In this document: positions 29,046 through 36,922 of the stretch, in pieces
Numbering within the stretch: the stretch's first letter is position 1
How the letters are laid out: the number at the start of each line of letters is the position of its first letter
Assembly: GCA_964491375.1 (NCBI GenBank)
Contig: CAZBGL010000068.1
Span: 4,282-68,281, forward strand
From: an uncultured Thermodesulfobacteriota bacterium
Lineage (GTDB): Bacteria; Desulfobacterota; Deferrisomatia; Deferrisomatales; Deferrisomataceae
DNA length: 64,000 bases
Reading direction: 5' to 3'
The notes under the pieces: model-generated
Told to the model about the DNA's origin: nothing
The model's database searches: none
Seen by the model: the letters and a program-made list of their open reading frames with translations, nothing else
Position numbers and translations under genes: made by a program

Positions 29046-29876
29046 ATGCTTCGGCGGATACTGGTGGTGCTGGAGGGGACTCGGTTCACCCCCTGGGCCA
29101 TCCGGCTCGCCGTGGAGTTGGCCGGGCGCCACGGAGCCAGGGTGACAGGGTTGGTCGCCCTGGACCGGCGCAGGCTCGAGAACGTAGGGCCGATCCCGGC
29201 CGGTGCCTCGATCTACGCCGAGAGGCTTCGCGCACACCGCATCGGGGTCCGCCGTCAGGCGATGGCCGGGGCTGTCCGCGCCTTTCGTGAAGCCAGCGAT
29301 GCAGCGGGGGTTCGTTACGAGGTGGTGGAGGACGAAGGGAATGGATGCGAGTTGGTCGCTTCGCTCTCCCGGTACTACGACCTCACGGTGTTGGGACTCC
29401 GAGGATTCTTGGAGTGCCAGGTGGGGGCGGAGCACTCTGAGGCCTCCCAGATCCGGCTCCTGGGGAGTGGGATTCGACCGGTCCTGGCCGTTGCCGGCGA
29501 GCCTCGGCCCATCCGGCGGGTGCTCGTTGCCTACGACGGTTCCGCAGGGGCTGCACAGGCGATGGCGTGTTTCCTCCATCTCAGACCCTGGCCCGACGTC
29601 CGGGTCCGCATCGTGACGTGCCAGGACTCCCAGAGGGAGGGGTTGCGGCTCCTGATGGACGCGGCCGAGTACTGCCGCGCCCACGGGTGGGAGCCCGAGA
29701 CCCGGTGCGTTTCAGGCCCTCCCGGCAGGGAGGTGCTGGCCGAAGCGAACCGGTGGAACGCAGACCTCGTGGTAGCCGGGAGCGGTACGAGGAGTCTCCT
29801 GAGACGTCGGTGCATCGGAAAGACCGCCCTTCACCTGATGCGCTACAGCGGCCGGCCGCTGTTCCTGTGCCGTTGA
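29046..29876 (+). CDS. Universal stress protein, tandem USP domains
   Basis: 276-aa ORF with two UspA-like halves (ILVVLEGT...DLTVLG and VLVAYDGS...ADLVVAGSG). Confidence 0.8.
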   Translation: MLRRILVVLEGTRFTPWAIRLAVELAGRHGARVTGLVALDRRRLENVGPIPAGASIYAERLRAHRIGVRRQAMAGAVRAFREASDAAGVRYEVVEDEGNGCELVASLSRYYDLTVLGLRGFLECQVGAEHSEASQIRLLGSGIRPVLAVAGEPRPIRRVLVAYDGSAGAAQAMACFLHLRPWPDVRVRIVTCQDSQREGLRLLMDAAEYCRAHGWEPETRCVSGPPGREVLAEANRWNADLVVAGSGTRSLLRRRCIGKTALHLMRYSGRPLFLCR

Positions 29877-30084
29877 GCGCCCTGTGGCCCTGCAGGGCCT
29901 TCGATCTGCCGAAGCGCGCACCGAGGCCGAGGGAAACTCGGTGTGCAACGGTGTGGGCATCGCGGACAAGGAGGCATGCCGCTGCTTCGCCCCACGTCTG
30001 ATGTCGGAGGGAACGCCGGTTCCCAGAGCGGTGCCACGTTTGCGGGCCAGTGGGTGAGCGCGCTGTTTCCCGAGGGGAACGGGC

Positions 30085-31188
30085 ATGGATGAGCGAGGAA
30101 CGATGCACCGGAAGGCGACCGTCTCCCGTCTTCCGGTGAACCGGCATCTGATCGCCATGGCCGTGGCCCGGTACCGGCGCGAGCAGGACCGCTACGCCAA
30201 GCTTGCGGACATGGTCGCCGAGAAGTGCCGCCGCCTTCTGGAGGCCAACGCCATCCTGGGGGCGGTGGACGCCCGGGCCAAGAGCCCCGAGAGCCTGGAG
30301 CGCAAGCTCGAAGAGCTCCTGGCCGGAGAGCTCCCGGGGGAGCACACCCCTGAAGGCCTTCTGGACCGGGTCAGCGACCTGGCCGGGGTGCGGGTCAAGA
30401 CCTACGTGGAGGCCGACCGGGACAAGGTGGTGGAGGACATCTGCCTGGCCTTCGACGGTCCCCGGGAGGGCGGGGAGGTCGACGTGGAGGTGAAGGCCGA
30501 TCCCTCCCGCAACTACCGCGCGATCCACTGCCAGGTGATGCTGCCTCCCCAGGACCTTACCGGACGGGGTGCGAACCTGAAGGGCGCCACGTGTGAGATC
30601 CAGGTGTGCAGCTTGCTCGCCCACGTGTGGAACGAGATCGAGCACAACCTCGTGTACAAGGCGGCAAACGGGGACCCCTCGCGGGAGGAGCTGGATCTGC
30701 TGGCCGAGTTGGGGGACCTGACGCGGAAAGGGGACGAAGTCCTCAACGCCCTGATCGCGGCCACCCGGCGGCGGGTGTCCCGGCGCACCGGGGAGTTCAC
30801 CGACACCTTCGACTTCGTGGCCCGGATGCGGGAGCGGTTCCCCATGGCCCACAACTTCGAGATGCACGCCCTGGCCCTGCTGGAGGAACTGCGGGCCTTC
30901 GGGCTCACCACGCCGGAACGGATCGACAGGCGGTTGTTGCAAGGGGACTACCTGGCCCGCTCGAAGGCACTGTTCGAAGCGTTCCGGGCCCATCAGCTCC
31001 GGACCGGGGACTGGGGCGTGGTGCTCGACCCGGGGAGCTCGGACCACCTGCTCGTTCTGTTCCTGGACGGGTGTGCACCAGAGGTCCTCCGCCGCCACCA
31101 GAGGGGCAAGCCCCGGGGGCGGCTTCCCCGCATCGCCCGGCTGGCCCGGCGGTTCGTCGAGATGACGTCCGCCGCCGGCAGGCCGTGA
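30085..31188 (+). CDS. RelA/SpoT-domain (nucleotidyltransferase) protein with an uncharacterised C-terminal domain
   Basis: 367-aa ORF. Small-alarmone-synthetase-like motifs ARAKSPESLERKL, DLAGVRVKTY, YRAIHCQV and CEIQVCSLLAHVWNEIEHNLVYK. About 160 aa of the C-terminus has no motif I recognise. The stop lies 11 nt before mrpE. Confidence 0.8.
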   Translation: MDERGTMHRKATVSRLPVNRHLIAMAVARYRREQDRYAKLADMVAEKCRRLLEANAILGAVDARAKSPESLERKLEELLAGELPGEHTPEGLLDRVSDLAGVRVKTYVEADRDKVVEDICLAFDGPREGGEVDVEVKADPSRNYRAIHCQVMLPPQDLTGRGANLKGATCEIQVCSLLAHVWNEIEHNLVYKAANGDPSREELDLLAELGDLTRKGDEVLNALIAATRRRVSRRTGEFTDTFDFVARMRERFPMAHNFEMHALALLEELRAFGLTTPERIDRRLLQGDYLARSKALFEAFRAHQLRTGDWGVVLDPGSSDHLLVLFLDGCAPEVLRRHQRGKPRGRLPRIARLARRFVEMTSAAGRP

Positions 31189-31199
31189 GGGGGCCGGCC

Positions 31200-31763
31200 A
31201 TGCCCGGTCCGTTCGTTTCCGCGCGGCGGGTTCCCCTGGGGCGCGTGGTCCAGGCGTTGCTCCTCGGGGCGTTGTGGCTCGGCCTGAGCGGGATGTACGA
31301 CCCGTTTCACCTGGCTCTCGGGGCCCTGTCCGTGGCGTGCGTGCTGTGGCTCAACGGTCGGCTGCGGCGCGCGCCCCGGGTTGCCGAGGCGGCCCGGGGG
31401 GACGCCGAGATCCACGTGCTGCGGTTTGCCGCCTACTGCGGGTGGCTCGTGGGCCAGATCCTGGCGTCCGCGTTGCACGTGGCCGCGGTGGTGATCCATC
31501 CCCGCATGCCCGTGAGTCCCAGGGTGATTCGTTTCCGCTCGGACCAGCCCAACGACGTGGCCCGGATGCTCCTGGCCAACTCGATCACGTTGACCCCGGG
31601 CACGCTGACCCTCGAGGTGGACGGGGACGAGTTCGTCGTGCACGCGCTGACCGAGGCCACGGCCCGCGGGCTGCTGGACGGCACGATGCAGGCCAAGGTG
31701 GCCCGGCTGTTCCGCGACGACCCAGGCCGTGCCGTGTACGACGTGCGATGGGAGGAGGCTTGA
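31200..31763 (+). CDS. mrpE: Mrp/Mnh antiporter subunit E-like
   Basis: In-frame ATG 31200 with TM helices. The C-terminal ITLTPGTLTLEVDGDEFVVHAL pattern is typical of MnhE. First gene of a co-directional, overlapping membrane-protein cluster. Confidence 0.8.
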   Translation: MPGPFVSARRVPLGRVVQALLLGALWLGLSGMYDPFHLALGALSVACVLWLNGRLRRAPRVAEAARGDAEIHVLRFAAYCGWLVGQILASALHVAAVVIHPRMPVSPRVIRFRSDQPNDVARMLLANSITLTPGTLTLEVDGDEFVVHALTEATARGLLDGTMQAKVARLFRDDPGRAVYDVRWEEA

Positions 31764-32033
31764 GTGGACCCGGTGTACACCCCTTTGGCGGTGCTCCTCG
31801 CCCTGGTTCTCCTGCCCCCCCTGTACCGGGTGCTACGGGGGCCGACCGTATTCGATCGGCTCCTGGGGGCCGCGGTCATCGGGAGCAAGACGATCGTGAT
31901 CTCGTGCCTGTTCGGGTACGCCTTTGGGCGGATCGAGATGTTCCTCGACATCGCCCTGGGATACGCGATCTTGAACTTCGTCGGGGCGGTGGCCATCGAG
32001 AAGTACTTTTCCTCCGGAGGGATCACGCGGTGA
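31764..32033 (+). CDS. mrpF: Mrp/Mnh antiporter subunit F-like
   Basis: 89 aa with 3 TM. RVLRGPTVFDRLLG is the typical MnhF motif. Confidence 0.8.
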   Translation: MDPVYTPLAVLLALVLLPPLYRVLRGPTVFDRLLGAAVIGSKTIVISCLFGYAFGRIEMFLDIALGYAILNFVGAVAIEKYFSSGGITR

Positions 32034-32356
32034 GCGGGCTTCAGGAGATCCTGGCGGCGGCCCTGTTTGGCACGGGCGCGCTGTTCTTGCTCATCGGGGG
32101 ACTGGGCCTCCTGCGGCTGCCCGACTTCTTCGCGCGGACCCACGCCGCCGGCAAGGTGGACAGCGTGGGCATCATGCTGTGCCTGGGAGCCCTGGCGGTG
32201 CGCGAGGGACCCACGTTGAACGGGCTCAAGCTGTTGATCGCGATCTCGTTCGTGGCCGTGTCGAGCCCGGTGGCCGTTCACGCGCTCGCGCGGGCCGCGG
32301 TGCAGGCCGGTCTCAGACCTTGGCGGGCGAGGCGGAACGGGAAGGAGCCGCGATGA
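32030..32356 (+). CDS. mrpG: Mrp/Mnh antiporter subunit G-like
   Basis: GTG 32030 overlaps the mrpF stop. LGLLRLPDFFARTHAAGK is the typical MnhG motif. Confidence 0.8.
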   Translation: MSGLQEILAAALFGTGALFLLIGGLGLLRLPDFFARTHAAGKVDSVGIMLCLGALAVREGPTLNGLKLLIAISFVAVSSPVAVHALARAAVQAGLRPWRARRNGKEPR

Positions 32357-32598
32357 CCTGGCCCGCCGACTTCGTTCTGTACCTGGTGCTCGTGGTGACG
32401 GCCCTGGCCTCCCTGGAGGTGAAGAGCCTCCTGGCCGCCTCGGTCATCCTGACCGCGTTCAGCTTCGTGAGCGCCCTGCTGATGCTCTCGGTGGGGGCCG
32501 TGGACGTGGCGTTCACCGAGGCGGTGGTGGGGGCCGGCCTGGTCGGGGTCTTCTACATCGTGGCCGTCTACCGCACCTCCCGGAGGAACGCGCGTTGA
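32353..32598 (+). CDS. DUF4040-like small membrane subunit (MrpA C-terminal / MbhD-like)
   Basis: ATG 32353 overlaps the mrpG stop. 81 aa with 3 TM. Motif GAVDVAFTEAVVGAG. Confidence 0.65.
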   Translation: MTWPADFVLYLVLVVTALASLEVKSLLAASVILTAFSFVSALLMLSVGAVDVAFTEAVVGAGLVGVFYIVAVYRTSRRNAR

Positions 32599-32888
32599 GG
32601 CTGAGAGACCTGGTGGTCCTGGCGGGCCTGGCCGGGGTGCTCCTGTACGCCGTGGGGCACCTGCCGAGCCGGGGGGACCCGGCCGCGCCCGCCCACCTGC
32701 GCACCAGCCCCGCGGGCACCCCCGGCGCCGGCACGTACTACCTGGAACACGCCCTGGACCACGCGGCCACCCCGAACGTGGTCACGGTGGTGCTGGCCGA
32801 CTACCGGGCGCTCGACACGCTGGGCGAGACGTTCGTGGTGTTCACCGGCGGCGTGGCGTGCCTGCTGATCTTGCGGAGGCGGGCGTGA
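32595..32888 (+). CDS. MrpB/MnhB-like subunit, part 1 (MbhE-like)
   Basis: 97 aa with an alternative start codon. TPNVVTVVLADYRALDTLGETFVVF is a MnhB-type motif. Confidence 0.7.
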   Translation: MRLRDLVVLAGLAGVLLYAVGHLPSRGDPAAPAHLRTSPAGTPGAGTYYLEHALDHAATPNVVTVVLADYRALDTLGETFVVFTGGVACLLILRRRA

Positions 32889-33325
32889 GGGGGCCGTCCC
32901 GGAGCCTGGTGGTGGTGCTGGCCGCCCGGGGGCTGGCCCCGGCGATCCAGCTCTTTGCCCTGTACGTGGTGTTCCACGGCCACTACAGCCCGGGGGGAGG
33001 GTTCCAGGGAGGGGTGCTCCTGGCCGCGAGCTTCGTGCTGGTGCGCCTGGCCGAGGGCCACGAGGCCGGCCGGCACCAGGTTCCCCGCCGAGCCGGACCC
33101 GTGCTGGGGGCGATCGGGGTGCTCCTGTTCGCGGCCGTGGGCGCCGCGGCCTTCTTCGGGGGGGGGAGTTTCCTCGACCACGGCCGGGTGCCCCTGCCGG
33201 GGCTGGCCCCGGCCGACCTGCGGTCCCTGATGATCCTGGTGATCGAGGTCGGGGTGGCGATCGCCGTGGCCGCGGTGCTCACCGCGATCTACGACGAGCT
33301 CCTCGGGGGGGACACCCGTGCTTGA
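32885..33325 (+). CDS. mrpB: MrpB/MnhB-like subunit, part 2 (MbhF-like)
   Basis: GTG 32885 overlaps the previous stop. HGHYSPGGGFQGGVLLA is a MnhB-type motif. Confidence 0.75.
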   Translation: MRGPSRSLVVVLAARGLAPAIQLFALYVVFHGHYSPGGGFQGGVLLAASFVLVRLAEGHEAGRHQVPRRAGPVLGAIGVLLFAAVGAAAFFGGGSFLDHGRVPLPGLAPADLRSLMILVIEVGVAIAVAAVLTAIYDELLGGDTRA

Positions 33326-33686
33326 GCACCTGCAAGGCCACTACGCCTACTACTTCCTGGCCCTCCTGGCGGTCATCGGGTTCTACGGGATGCTGGCCAA
33401 GCGGAACCTCGTGAAAAAGGTGATCGGGATCTCGATCCTCCAGAGCTCCATCATCCTGTTTTGGCTCGTGGGGGCCTACAAGGCCGGGGGGAGCGTGCCC
33501 ATCTACGACGAGCGCCTGGGCATGGCCGACCCGGGCCGGTACGTGAACCCCCTGCCCCACACCCTGATGCTCACGGCCATCGTGGTGGCCGTGGTCACCC
33601 TGGGGGTGGCCTTCGCCCTGATCGTCGCGATCCACCGCTCCTACGGCACCCTGGACGAGGAGGAACTGCTGGAGCGGATGCGATGA
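33318..33686 (+). CDS. mrpC: MrpC/MnhC (NuoK-like) subunit
   Basis: 122 aa with 3 TM. Motifs KRNLVKKVIGISILQSSIILF and PLPHTLMLTAIVV. Confidence 0.8.
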   Translation: MLEHLQGHYAYYFLALLAVIGFYGMLAKRNLVKKVIGISILQSSIILFWLVGAYKAGGSVPIYDERLGMADPGRYVNPLPHTLMLTAIVVAVVTLGVAFALIVAIHRSYGTLDEEELLERMR

Positions 33687-35173
33687 TCGCCGCGAACCTG
33701 CCCGCCCTGGTCCCCCTCGCCTACCTGGTGGCGGCCCTCCTGATCCCGCTGGCCGGCGCCTGGAGGCGTGCCCTGGCCCCGGGGCTGGCCGCGGCCGGGG
33801 CGTCGGCCGGGGCGGCGCTCGCCCTGGCGGGGCTGGTGCGGGTGGCCGCGTACGGACCGCTCTCGTACGAGATGGGGGGGTGGCCGCCCCCCGTGGGGAT
33901 CGAGTTCGTGCTCGACGGGCTTTCGGCGTTCGTGGTCGCGGTGGTGGCGGTGGTGGGCCTGGCCGCCCTGGTCCACGGGGGGCGCACCAGCGCGACCGAG
34001 ATCCCCGGGAGGGTGGTGCCGTTCCTGAGCGCGTCCATGATCTTCCTCTCGGGCCTCACCGGCATGGTGCTCACCGGCGACCTGTTCAACCTGTACGTCT
34101 TCCTGGAGATCAGCTCCCTGGCCGCCTACGCCCTCCTGGCCGTGGGGAGCCGCCAGGCCCCCCTGTCCACGTTCCGGTACCTCGTCATGGGAACGGCAGG
34201 GGCGTCGTTCTACCTGCTCGGGCTGGCCTTCCTGTACCTGGAGACCGGCACCCTCAACATGGCCGACCTGGGCCGGATCCTCACCCTGGTGGAGGACCGC
34301 CCCCCGGTGGTCGTGGGCATCACGTTCGTGGGCGTGGGCATGGCGCTCAAGATGGCCCTGTTCCCCCTCCACGGGTGGCTGCCCGACGCCTACACCGACG
34401 CCTCGTCCGCCGGCACCTCCCTGGTGGCGCCCCTGGGCACCAAGGTGGCCGCGTACGTGCTGCTGCGGCTGTTCTTCTACGTGCTCGAGCCCGAGTACGC
34501 CCGGGGCCTGACGCTGCTCACCGCGGTGGGCTACCTGGGGATCGCGGGGATCGTGTGGGGCTCGGTCATGGCGATCCTCCAGCCCGAGCTCAAGCGCATG
34601 CTCGCCTACAGCAGCGTGTCCCAGGTGGGCTACATCGCCGCGGGCATCGGCCTGGCCTCGCCCCTGGGGTTCGTCGGGGCCGTGCTCCACATCCTGAACC
34701 ACGCCTTCATGAAGGCCTGCCTGTTCCTGGTGGCCGGGAACCTCCGGCTGCGCCGGGGCCACAGCCACATCCCGTCGTTCGACCGGTCCCTGCGGCGGGC
34801 CATGCCCTGGTCCATGGCGGCCTTCGCCACGGCGGCCCTCTCGATGATCGGCGTCCCGCCCTTCGCGGGCTTCTTCAGCAAGTGGTACCTGGCCCTGGGG
34901 GCCCTGGAGCAGGCCAACTGGATGCTCTTGTCGGCCCTGGTGGCGAGCAGCCTGCTCAACGCGGTGTACTTCTTCCGGGTGCTGGAGCGGATGTACCTGG
35001 TCCCCGCCCCCGAGGGGGTGGGAGCCGCGCCCGCGGCGATCGAGGAGGGGGAGGTGCCGGCCTCCATGCTCGTGCCCACCCTGGTGCTAGCCGGGGGGCT
35101 GCTGGCCCTGGGGCTCGGCAACGCCTGGCTCGTCACCCACCTGGTCCGGCCCATGCTGCCGGCCGGGCTGTGA
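33683..35173 (+). CDS. mrpD: MrpD/NuoN-like antiporter subunit 1 (Proton_antipo_M)
   Basis: ATG 33683 overlaps the mrpC stop. 496 aa, polytopic. Motifs NLYVFLEISSLAAYALL, PLHGWLPDAY, MLAYSSVSQVGY and HILNHAFMKACLFL. Confidence 0.88.
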   Translation: MIAANLPALVPLAYLVAALLIPLAGAWRRALAPGLAAAGASAGAALALAGLVRVAAYGPLSYEMGGWPPPVGIEFVLDGLSAFVVAVVAVVGLAALVHGGRTSATEIPGRVVPFLSASMIFLSGLTGMVLTGDLFNLYVFLEISSLAAYALLAVGSRQAPLSTFRYLVMGTAGASFYLLGLAFLYLETGTLNMADLGRILTLVEDRPPVVVGITFVGVGMALKMALFPLHGWLPDAYTDASSAGTSLVAPLGTKVAAYVLLRLFFYVLEPEYARGLTLLTAVGYLGIAGIVWGSVMAILQPELKRMLAYSSVSQVGYIAAGIGLASPLGFVGAVLHILNHAFMKACLFLVAGNLRLRRGHSHIPSFDRSLRRAMPWSMAAFATAALSMIGVPPFAGFFSKWYLALGALEQANWMLLSALVASSLLNAVYFFRVLERMYLVPAPEGVGAAPAAIEEGEVPASMLVPTLVLAGGLLALGLGNAWLVTHLVRPMLPAGL

Positions 35174-35189
35174 CGGGGAGGGCGCCGGC

Positions 35190-36707
35190 GTGATCCCCTA
35201 CGAGACCTACCCCTCGGTCCAACCCCTGCTCGCGGTGCTGGTCTCCCTGGCCGCGGCCGGGCTGATCGTGGCGAGCGGCCGGCGGCCGGCCCTGCGGGAG
35301 ACCTGGACCCTGGCCGCGGCCGCCCTCAAGTTCGCCCTGGTGCTGGGCCTCGTTCCCGGGGCCCTGGCCGGCCGGGCCGCCGAGGTCACCCTGTTCGAGA
35401 TTTCCCCGGGCGTCGCCCTGGCCCTCCGGGCCGACCCCCTGGGGGTGTTCTTCGCCCTGGTGGCCTCGGGGCTCTGGGTCGTGACCTCGGTGTACTCCAT
35501 CGGCTACGTGCGCGCCGGGGGCGAGGCCAACCAGACCCGCTACTTCGCGAGCTTCGCCGTGTGCCTGTCGGCCACGACCGGGGTGGCCTTCTCGGCCAAC
35601 CTCCTGACCTTCCTCGTCTTCTACGAGGTGCTCTCCCTGGCCACCTACCCCCTGGTGATCCACAAGGAGACCCCCGAGGCCCTGGCCGCCGGCCGCAAGT
35701 ACCTGGCCTACGCGCTCACGGCCGGGGGCCTTCTGCTGGTGGCCACGGCCTGGACGTGGCAGGCGGCCGGCACCCTGGAGTTCCGGCCCGGCGGCATCCT
35801 CGCGGGCTCCGGGGCGGGGCCCGGCGCGATCCGGGCGATCTTCCTCCTGGCCCTGGCCGGGGTGGGGGTCAAGGCCGGCATCATGCCGCTCCACGGGTGG
35901 CTCCCCTCGGCCATGGTGGCCCCCACGCCGGTGAGCGCCCTGCTCCACGCGGTGGCGGTGGTCAAGTCCGGGGTGTTCGGGGTGGTGCGCCTGGCGGGGT
36001 TCGTGTTCGGCCCCGAGCTGCTGCGGGACCTGGGCCTGGCGGCCGTGCTCGCCGCGTTCGCCGGGGCCACGGTGGTGCTGGCGTCCCTGCTGGCCCTGCG
36101 GCAGGACAACCTCAAGAGGCGCCTGGCCTACTCCACGGTGGGCCACCTGTCCTACATCGTGCTCGGGGTGGCGCTGCTCTCGCCGTCGGGCCTGGGCGGG
36201 GCGCTCCTGCACCTGGCCAACCACGCCACCATGAAGATCACCCTGTTCTTCTGCGCGGGCGCCATCTACGTGAGCCTCGAGAAGAAGAACGTCTCCGAGC
36301 TCGACGGGGTGGGCCGGGACATGCCCTGGACCATGGGCGCGTTCACCGTGGCGGCCCTGGGGCTGGCCGGCGTGCCGCCGGTGAACGGGTTCGCGAGCAA
36401 GTACCTCCTGTGCGTGGGTGCCCTGGAGGCGGGCGAGGCCGCCGCGCTCGTGGTGCTCCTGCTGAGCGGGCTCCTGAACGCGGCCTACTTCTTCCCCATC
36501 GTCCACCGGGCCTTCTTCCGGCCGTCCAGGGACCCGGTCCGGGGGCGGGAGGCCCCGGCCTCGATGGTGATCCCCATCGCCGTGGTGGCGGTGCTCTCGG
36601 TGGCCCTGGGGCTGTTTCCCAACCTGTTCTTCGACCTCGCCTCGGCCGTCACCGCCGGCGTGCTGGCCGGCCCGGGCGGGGGCGTGACCGCGGGGGTCGG
36701 ACCATGA
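35190..36707 (+). CDS. MrpD/NuoM-like antiporter subunit 2 (Proton_antipo_M)
   Basis: 505 aa. Motifs FLVFYEVLSLATYPLV, PLHGWLPSAM, RLAYSTVGHLSY and HLANHATMKITLFF. Confidence 0.88.
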   Translation: MIPYETYPSVQPLLAVLVSLAAAGLIVASGRRPALRETWTLAAAALKFALVLGLVPGALAGRAAEVTLFEISPGVALALRADPLGVFFALVASGLWVVTSVYSIGYVRAGGEANQTRYFASFAVCLSATTGVAFSANLLTFLVFYEVLSLATYPLVIHKETPEALAAGRKYLAYALTAGGLLLVATAWTWQAAGTLEFRPGGILAGSGAGPGAIRAIFLLALAGVGVKAGIMPLHGWLPSAMVAPTPVSALLHAVAVVKSGVFGVVRLAGFVFGPELLRDLGLAAVLAAFAGATVVLASLLALRQDNLKRRLAYSTVGHLSYIVLGVALLSPSGLGGALLHLANHATMKITLFFCAGAIYVSLEKKNVSELDGVGRDMPWTMGAFTVAALGLAGVPPVNGFASKYLLCVGALEAGEAAALVVLLLSGLLNAAYFFPIVHRAFFRPSRDPVRGREAPASMVIPIAVVAVLSVALGLFPNLFFDLASAVTAGVLAGPGGGVTAGVGP

Positions 36708-36922
36708 CGCGAGCGCGCTGGATCGCCCTGGGGCTGGTGGCCGCCCTGTCCGTGCTGGCCCAGGCCGTCGGGCCCCACCCCTCCTACGCCCGGTGGTGGG
36801 ACCTGGTGCCGGGCTCCTACGCCCTGTTCGGCTTCCTCGGCTGCGTGGCCATCGTCGTGGTCTCGAAGGGGCTCGGCAAGGCGGTGCTCCAGCGGCCGGA
36901 GGGCTACTACGATGATGCCTGA
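36704..36922 (+). CDS. Small 2-TM protein embedded in the mrp-like cluster
   Basis: ATG 36704 overlaps the upstream stop, and the 3' end overlaps the next start. 72 aa with two hydrophobic helices. Coding-like G/C third-position bias. Confidence 0.55.
   Translation: MTRARWIALGLVAALSVLAQAVGPHPSYARWWDLVPGSYALFGFLGCVAIVVVSKGLGKAVLQRPEGYYDDA

Noticed and set aside
30085-31188. Annotating the RelA/SpoT-domain protein as a bona fide toxSAS/CapRel defence protein or as a (p)ppGpp synthetase.
   Set aside because: There is no adjacent antitoxin, no mobile or defence neighbourhood and no way to classify the C-terminal domain without profile searches. Only the domain-level call is made, and the rest is flagged as hypothesis.
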